Origin: an uncultured Hyphomicrobiales bacterium
GTDB taxonomy: Bacteria > Bacteroidota > Ignavibacteria > Kapaibacteriales > UBA2268
NCBI GenBank assembly: GCA_964544155.1
Contig: CAZJAH010000009.1
Coordinates: forward strand, 14,551-78,550
DNA length: 64,000 bases
Reading direction: 5' to 3'
Part shown: positions 56,500 to 64,000 of the stretch, piece after piece
How positions within the stretch are numbered: position 1 is the stretch's first letter
How the letters are laid out: each line of letters opens with the position of its first letter
Program-made: the position numbers and the translations under genes
The notes under the pieces: model-generated
The model's input: the letters and a program-made list of their open reading frames with translations, nothing else
Databases searched by the model: none
What the model was told of the DNA's origin: nothing

Positions 56500-58002
56500 T
56501 TATTTATTCAATTTGCCTATCTCGATGATTTTTTTTGCAATATCGGTATTGTCATAGTAACCGCTGAATTCGTATTGCCCCTGGCCCATAGCGAATACGG
56601 GAACGGGAACTCCTGTATGAGAATAGCTTGTCCAGTCAATACCTGCTTTATTATTCAACAAGTGGGTAATTGTAACCGTGAAAGGATCGTAGTATCCGTA
56701 TATTACGGCAATTTCTTCATCATTATAAATTGACTTTCCTGTCATACTTTTATTATATCCGTCTTCGAGCCTTGACTTTTCATATTCGCTGATAGCCAGG
56801 TCAGCTTGTTTGGAAGAATCGCCAAGGCCAAAGTAGTATTTCATTGAATCGAGAGCCATTTCGAAATCTACATTAGCGGCTTCTTTCCAGCCCTGAACTT
56901 TACTTGTAAAGAGGTCATAGGATATTTTCTGGTACTTGAGTATATCAAATGCTGTTTTGTATCCGGTAGCCGCGAAACCTAAAGAAAGGCCGCCGCATTC
57001 GTGGTCGCCTGTAACAACGATGAGGGTTTCATCCGGATGCTGATTGTAGAATTCAATTGCTTCGGCAATTGCCTGATCGAAAGCAATCATATCGAAAGCC
57101 GCCGATACTGCGTCATTTGCGTGGCAAGCCCAGTCGATTTTTCCCCCTTCAACCATCATGAAGAAACCTTTATCATTATCAAGGAATTCAATACCTTTTT
57201 TAGTGAATTCAGCAAGTGATATATGGCTTTCAGGCCTGTCGATTTCATACCAGAGAGCAGCGCTTTTGTCAAGTACGCTGTTGTACGACCAGATTTTATT
57301 CCCGGGCTGAAGATTTAAGAAGGCGCTCTTTTCAGTTACTATCTGATAACCGGCCTGATTCATTGTTTGAGCGATATTAACAGTTCCACCTTCTCCGGCA
57401 GCGCCGCCGCCACCAAAGTAGTCGAAATTGCTGGTGGCCATCTGAGCAGCGATTGAGTTAATATTCTTTCTTGTATCTTCGTGAGCATAGAAGCAAGCCG
57501 GAGTGGCGTGATCTATACTTACTGAAGAAACTATACCGACTTTCATTCCTTTATCCCTGGCCATTTCTGCAATGGTCATGAGGTTTTGTGAACGGTCGCC
57601 GGTCTTTGATATAGTATTGATAGTTGTTTTGTGGCCTGTTGCCAGAGCTGTAGCTGATGCGGCTGAGCCAGTTATATAGCGGTCTTCGGCATGTGTCGTT
57701 GACATGCCCGCAACCGGGAATTGTCTAATGTGCATTTCACCGGGGCCTGCTTTACCCATTTCTGCATTATTAAATACCAGATCGTCAAGGGCGGCTTCAG
57801 TTAGGCTTATCTGTGCTGTTGCCATTCCATCGCCTATGAAGAAAAAGATGTATTTAGGTGTTTTGTAAGTAGGTTTTTCGTTAGGTTTTACCGTTTTGTT
57901 TCCGCCGTTATCCGAGCATGATACGAGTGAAAGGCTTGCTGCCGCAATGATAGTCATTGCCATTAAGGCAAGTGATTTACTGTGTTTCAAAAACATCATC
58001 AT
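56500..58002 (-). CDS. Alkaline phosphatase (PhoA family), lipoprotein
   Basis: Motifs are FIGDGMA, the TGSAASATALATG nucleophile segment, DHATPA, EGGKIDWACH and VTGDHECGG. The signal peptide ends in LVSC. Confidence 0.9.
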   Translation of the reverse strand: MMMFLKHSKSLALMAMTIIAAASLSLVSCSDNGGNKTVKPNEKPTYKTPKYIFFFIGDGMATAQISLTEAALDDLVFNNAEMGKAGPGEMHIRQFPVAGMSTTHAEDRYITGSAASATALATGHKTTINTISKTGDRSQNLMTIAEMARDKGMKVGIVSSVSIDHATPACFYAHEDTRKNINSIAAQMATSNFDYFGGGGAAGEGGTVNIAQTMNQAGYQIVTEKSAFLNLQPGNKIWSYNSVLDKSAALWYEIDRPESHISLAEFTKKGIEFLDNDKGFFMMVEGGKIDWACHANDAVSAAFDMIAFDQAIAEAIEFYNQHPDETLIVVTGDHECGGLSLGFAATGYKTAFDILKYQKISYDLFTSKVQGWKEAANVDFEMALDSMKYYFGLGDSSKQADLAISEYEKSRLEDGYNKSMTGKSIYNDEEIAVIYGYYDPFTVTITHLLNNKAGIDWTSYSHTGVPVPVFAMGQGQYEFSGYYDNTDIAKKIIEIGKLNK

Positions 58003-58174
58003 TCTCCCACTATAGAAACAAAAAAACTAACGCAAACTTATAACCGGAATCTGAACATAAACTATATTTTAAGTTAATTTCTAGTTAAATAAGCGCAGAG
58101 CGGCCTAAACATAAAACAGAAATTATCATAAGATTAATTAATCGGGAGCCCTAAATATTCAAAACTTCCTATCA

Positions 58175-58217
58175 CAAAAAAAGCCGCCCTTATTACGGGA
58201 ACGGCCTTATTTTTTTC
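58175..58217 (-). terminator. Candidate rho-independent terminator after rpsR
   Basis: An imperfect hairpin GCCGCCC/GGGAACGGC is flanked by an A-run and a T-run. Confidence 0.6.
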
Positions 58218-58234
58218 TTTCTTTTAATTCTTTT

Positions 58235-58501
58235 TTAGGTAATATCCTGAGCAACAAAAGGTATGAAGGCTAAATGCCTTGCGTGCTTGATCGCCGTGGC
58301 GATTTGCCTTTGCTGGTAAGCGGATACTCCCGTAATCCTGCGAGGCAGAATTTTGCCCTGGTCATTTGTAAACCTGAACAGAAATTTGGGGTCAAGATAA
58401 TCTACAATTTTCTGATCATTCATCGGATTCGGTTTTTTACGCGGCTTTTTATTAGGCTTAAAAGTATTATTGCCTGTTTGCATAGGATGAATAGCGTTCA
58501 T
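58235..58501 (-). CDS. rpsR: 30S ribosomal protein S18
   Basis: The core reads [34 protein letters not shown]. The N-terminus is basic. The start overlaps the rpmE stop as ATGA. Confidence 0.9.
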   Translation of the reverse strand: MNAIHPMQTGNNTFKPNKKPRKKPNPMNDQKIVDYLDPKFLFRFTNDQGKILPRRITGVSAYQQRQIATAIKHARHLAFIPFVAQDIT

Positions 58502-58737
58502 GACTGGTTCCTCCTTTTATCCATCATTTGTTTAGCTTTTTCAAAGCGTTTATTGAACCTTTCCACACGGCCGGCTGTATCCACAAGCACCTGTTTGCCG
58601 GTGAAGAAGGGATGAGATTTTGAGTCAATCTCAAGAACCATTTTATCGCCTTTGTATGCCGAGCGTGTAACGAAGGTTGTTCCGTCTGTCATTACCACTT
58701 CAACATTGTGATAATAAGGATGAATTCCTTTCTTCAT
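58498..58737 (-). CDS. rpmE: 50S ribosomal protein L31 (Cys-less, type B-like)
   Basis: The sequence has [10 protein letters not shown]...SHPFFTGKQ...[10 protein letters not shown]. The CxxC zinc-ribbon cysteines are absent. Confidence 0.9.
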   Translation of the reverse strand: MKKGIHPYYHNVEVVMTDGTTFVTRSAYKGDKMVLEIDSKSHPFFTGKQVLVDTAGRVERFNKRFEKAKQMMDKRRNQS

Positions 58738-58750
58738 TAATACACCTTAT

Positions 58751-58924
58751 TTATTTAATATCAACTTTATCTACTGCGTTTATGTCGTCTATTTTTACAA
58801 ACTGTTCAACAAATCGGGTTGAACCGTCGTTCGAACGAAAGCCTTTGATTACTTTAACACTAACTTTTTCGCTTTCTTTCTTCTGTTTTTTCAGTTTATC
58901 ACCGAAAGATTGTGTTTTAGCCAT
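58751..58924 (-). CDS. Small basic protein, DUF4295-like (not in the ORF track)
   Basis: My own translation is MAKTQSFGDKLKKQKKESEKVSVKVIKGFRSNDGSTRFVEQFVKIDDINAVDKVDIK (57 aa). It resembles the roughly 50-aa DUF4295 proteins that accompany ribosomal protein genes in Bacteroidota. It ends 13 nt before rpmE. Confidence 0.6.
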   Translation of the reverse strand: MAKTQSFGDKLKKQKKESEKVSVKVIKGFRSNDGSTRFVEQFVKIDDINAVDKVDIK

Positions 58925-58968
58925 TTCTATTAACTCACATAAAATTGGTTAACTAATTTTGCGAACTA

Positions 58969-58999
58969 CAAATTTATGATATTTGTATTAATTATCAAA
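58969..58999 (-). promoter_or_regulatory. Candidate Bacteroidetes-type promoter (-33 TTTG / -7 TAnnTTTG)
   Basis: The minus strand reads TTTG-N19-TAAATTTG about 45 nt upstream of the DUF4295-like ATG. Confidence 0.3.
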
Positions 59000-59226
59000 A
59001 AATTATTACGGATAAAAAATCTTTTCAGTTAGTTTTTTTAAAAAAATCGCCGGGCGCTTACAATTTCAAGCCGAAGGACCGGGCAAAAAAAGACGAAGGA
59101 ACGGACAGAATATGACTTTGATGCCGGCATTGCCGGATAATAACAAATTTGGCGGTCTTATAATAATTATTGAAGCAATTCGCAATTTAACAATAATTGA
59201 ATTTTAATAGTGTATCATCGAAATAA

Positions 59227-61284
<2,058 letters not shown>

Positions 61285-61291
61285 TATACTT

Positions 61292-61316
61292 CTGCAAGGG
61301 GCTGCAGCTTTTTTTT
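61292..61316. terminator. Weak candidate terminator between convergent genes
   Basis: The stem CTGCA/TGCAG is only 5 bp. It is followed by a T-run of 8. Confidence 0.4.
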
Positions 61317-61325
61317 CTCTATCTG

Positions 61326-62366
61326 CTATGATTGGCTTTTTTTGATCAATTTCGCGAGGGTTTTCCCAAGTATGCGGTATAGAGTGGCATCTGCCTTAGT
61401 GAAACGTTCTTCGCCCAGGCCTTTGGAAATGAGGGCGGAGTACCAGGCGCTGTCATTAATTAATATGTATGGCGGGCGAGGCCGATCAATGGCGGCTTCC
61501 CGCGTGGATAGTATATTCAGTTTTTCACTGTTGCGGCCTGTCAATTTAGTTTCCAGCATGTTAGGAAATAAAGTACTCAGAGAATCCGCCAGCTCCGCGT
61601 ATTGATCTGCGTCCCCGGCAGCTTCGAAGGCGACGGCTGCACAATCCGCCATAAATGAATTGCTTTGCGGCTTGTCACCTGAAAAATGACAACGGCTTTT
61701 ATTAAATAAACTAATAATTGTTGTAAAATTCAAATCTTTTTTTGCCAGGCCGAGCGCTACCCTGAAATAGTGCTCCGCGCGCGTGCTGTCTTTCAGCATA
61801 GAATATTCATTTGCAAGCAGAATATAGTGTTTGGCGCCTGTGCTTGCGGAGAGCAGCTCTTCCAGTACTCTGCTGTGGTATTCCGCCAGTCTGGCTTGCC
61901 GGGAGCAGGCAGAAATCAGAGCGCTGAAATCTTCACTGTCACTTGCTAAACGCAGTGCTTTTTCGAATATATTCTTAATTAATTCCTCATTATCAATATA
62001 TTTTGATGCTGACACGGCAAGCTTCGAGAGTGGATCGGCGCTATTAAGCTCTGCCAGGGCGCCACGACAGATATTTTCTGCCCACTCCCTGTCATTCAGT
62101 GTTTCGGCTACCCTTTCGGCAATCAGGTACTGCTCGCCGGGCAGTGCAAACTTAATTGCCTTTTCGAATAGAACTCCCGCACGCTGGAAATCACCGGTAG
62201 TATTCGCGAGAATGTGTATATAGCGGCACTTTTGAGCGGTATCATTTTCAATTTCTATAAAAGACTCCAGAATAGTTTCAATTTCCTGCTTGCTGAAGTA
62301 AGGCAGTTCAAATACGTCGTTTACTTCGATTTGATCGAGGAGTTCCTTCAATTGTCCCTTATCCAT
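61326..62366 (-). CDS. Hypothetical all-helical (TPR-like) cytoplasmic protein
   Basis: The 346-aa ORF has Ala/Leu/Glu-rich repeats with short helices. It has no signal peptide, and I recognise no family. Confidence 0.6.
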   Translation of the reverse strand: MDKGQLKELLDQIEVNDVFELPYFSKQEIETILESFIEIENDTAQKCRYIHILANTTGDFQRAGVLFEKAIKFALPGEQYLIAERVAETLNDREWAENICRGALAELNSADPLSKLAVSASKYIDNEELIKNIFEKALRLASDSEDFSALISACSRQARLAEYHSRVLEELLSASTGAKHYILLANEYSMLKDSTRAEHYFRVALGLAKKDLNFTTIISLFNKSRCHFSGDKPQSNSFMADCAAVAFEAAGDADQYAELADSLSTLFPNMLETKLTGRNSEKLNILSTREAAIDRPRPPYILINDSAWYSALISKGLGEERFTKADATLYRILGKTLAKLIKKSQS

Positions 62367-62621
62367 CAGCTTTCTCCCTGAGATTGTTTATTAGTATCGA
62401 GATCAATATAATGGATTAAGCGACAAATAATGACGTTCCTTTTGAAAAGCTTAATTTTATTTAATAATGAATATTACTTGTTTTAATAATATCATTTTTG
62501 TAGTTTAGTTATAGGCGGTTAAAATCATCGCGATAACTTAATTTGCCACTTGATTATCTTATCTGTCTTATAGAGGATTTGATTTAATAATTCTGATTCT
62601 TAGTTACAGGAGAGCCCCGAA

Positions 62622-64000
62622 ATGAAGAAAATATTATTTCTCGTACTTGCAGTAGTATTTGTTTCTTGTAAATCTTATGAAGTCATTGTAAAGATAAGTA
62701 ACAGAAAACCTGAGATCACAAATGATAAGCCGCTCTATGTATTTTATGATCCTGAAAACGAAATTCCTGACAGCTCTGAATATCTGGGAATAATGGATGT
62801 TTATTTCAATTTAGTGGGCGCTTATAATTTCGGGGTGTCAAAAAACATGGGGCACATGATTCTAAATTCAATGGAAAGGCAGGTAAAATTGAGCGGCGGA
62901 AACTGTATTCTCCTGAGTAAACCGGAAAATTTTGAAAAGCGGGGAGGAAATGTTAAGTTATTTACTGCTAAGGTATATCGAGTTAATGATCCAGATACGA
63001 GTGAATATACAGAAAACAATTTGTATTCCTTATGGCAATTGCGAGATCCCGATGAATATGAAGGCATTTACGAAACCGATTTCTTTTTCTTCGATGATGA
63101 AATACCCTCATTACCTGTCAGATATGCCATTATACGGAAAGATTCAATTAATTATGAGATGATTTATCTGAGCGGCCTTGAGGAAACTAAAAATATGCTT
63201 TACGGATTTGTGGATTTAAGCCGCACATGGCGTGAAGGCGATATTTTCGCTTATCTTGAAAAAACTGCCCGCCCTTCATTATTTAAAGCACATTATTTCG
63301 AGTTTAATAAATACCTGAAAGAAAACTGCATGTTTAATTATAACGATGGTAATCCACGGTTATATACTAAGGATGATTTCAAATTTTTTAATAAGGTTTA
63401 TCCGGATACCACCAATTACGAAATGCTCGTCAGCTCATTCACGGGTTTTGCCATCTCGAGTGACAAAATAGTTACCTGCTATCATGGATTTACCAATGAA
63501 GATTTGGAAATACAGATCAAAGGCCATGACGGCCGGCTCGGCAAAAAGGTAAAGGCCGTATTGGATAAATATGACAAGGAAAAAGACATTGCCGTTTTAA
63601 AGATCAATAATAACAAATATGATCTGCCGCCATTTTCATTCGCTCCTGAAGAAAAAGAAGCCGCTGAGGAAATATTCGTGCTCGGTTACCCCGTAGCTTT
63701 GATAATGGGTGAAGAAATAAAAGTGACCAAAGGGATAATCAGCGCTAAGTCAGGCATTGGAGGTAACCTGGAGCATTATCAGATCAGCGCTCCAATTCAG
63801 CTCGGAAACAGCGGCTCGCCCCTTTTCGATGATAATGGCGATATCACCGGCATGGTTACATCGGGCATAAGCAGCGCTGATAACGTTGGCTATTCTCTTA
63901 AAAGCCGGCATATACTTGAATTCCTCGAAGAAAACGGCTACAGCCATGGAAACAGCGAAAGCGGCATATATAAAGAGCTTAGCTTAACGGATAAAGTAAA
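62622..64000 (+). CDS. Lipoprotein with a C-terminal trypsin-like (S1/Trypsin_2) serine protease domain, 3' end beyond the window (not in the ORF track)
   Basis: My own translation from the ATG at 62622 has no stop up to base 64000. The signal and lipobox read MKKILFLVLAVVFVSC. The catalytic triad candidates are TCYHG (His), KDIAVLKI (Asp) and QLGNSGSPLF (Ser). Confidence 0.8.
   Translation, partial: MKKILFLVLAVVFVSCKSYEVIVKISNRKPEITNDKPLYVFYDPENEIPDSSEYLGIMDVYFNLVGAYNFGVSKNMGHMILNSMERQVKLSGGNCILLSKPENFEKRGGNVKLFTAKVYRVNDPDTSEYTENNLYSLWQLRDPDEYEGIYETDFFFFDDEIPSLPVRYAIIRKDSINYEMIYLSGLEETKNMLYGFVDLSRTWREGDIFAYLEKTARPSLFKAHYFEFNKYLKENCMFNYNDGNPRLYTKDDFKFFNKVYPDTTNYEMLVSSFTGFAISSDKIVTCYHGFTNEDLEIQIKGHDGRLGKKVKAVLDKYDKEKDIAVLKINNNKYDLPPFSFAPEEKEAAEEIFVLGYPVALIMGEEIKVTKGIISAKSGIGGNLEHYQISAPIQLGNSGSPLFDDNGDITGMVTSGISSADNVGYSLKSRHILEFLEENGYSHGNSESGIYKELSLTDKV

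Overview
This is a 64-kb chromosomal window of roughly 40% GC with AT-rich spacers. It most likely comes from a Gram-negative member of the Fibrobacteres-Chlorobi-Bacteroidetes group. Four proteins end in a T9SS-type C-terminal sorting domain, lpxB/lpxK are present, and many starts have GGAG/AGGA-like ribosome-binding sites, which is more Ignavibacteria-like than Bacteroides-like. I support about 50 protein-coding genes, and the window is mostly housekeeping and envelope functions. Recognisable genes are dnaE, ligA, folD, an RluA-family pseudouridine synthase, class II photolyase, lipoate-protein ligase, lpxB-DUF374-lpxK, rpmE-rpsR, pepD, an M20 dipeptidase, an OPT peptide transporter, M1 aminopeptidase, alkaline phosphatase, a MATE pump and a GT2 glycosyltransferase. 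These are interleaved with large secreted T9SS cargo proteins and hypothetical lipoproteins. I found no rRNA, tRNA, CRISPR array, transposase or integrase gene. The most interesting loci: (1) A translationally coupled four-gene operon encodes an HTH-WYL regulator, a PAS histidine kinase, a single-domain response regulator and a REC-PAS-HK-REC hybrid kinase (about 30.0-35.8 kb). The WYL protein is its only DNA-binding component. (2) A UmuD-like S24 peptidase is paired with a SLOG/DprA-like Rossmann protein instead of UmuC, behind a sigma-54-like promoter (10.3-11.6 kb). (3) An ECF sigma module has an anti-sigma-like protein that carries a long low-complexity linker and a C-terminal OMP-barrel-like domain (50.9-55.2 kb). 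(4) A 38-bp perfect direct repeat and T9SS-CTD gene remnant bracket a 1407-aa adhesin gene. (5) Two ORF-free segments look like either structured RNAs or gene scars (18.84-18.99 kb and 50.45-50.77 kb). (6) There is a small DUF4295-rpmE-rpsR operon. All functional calls come from motif recognition by eye. No database search was run.
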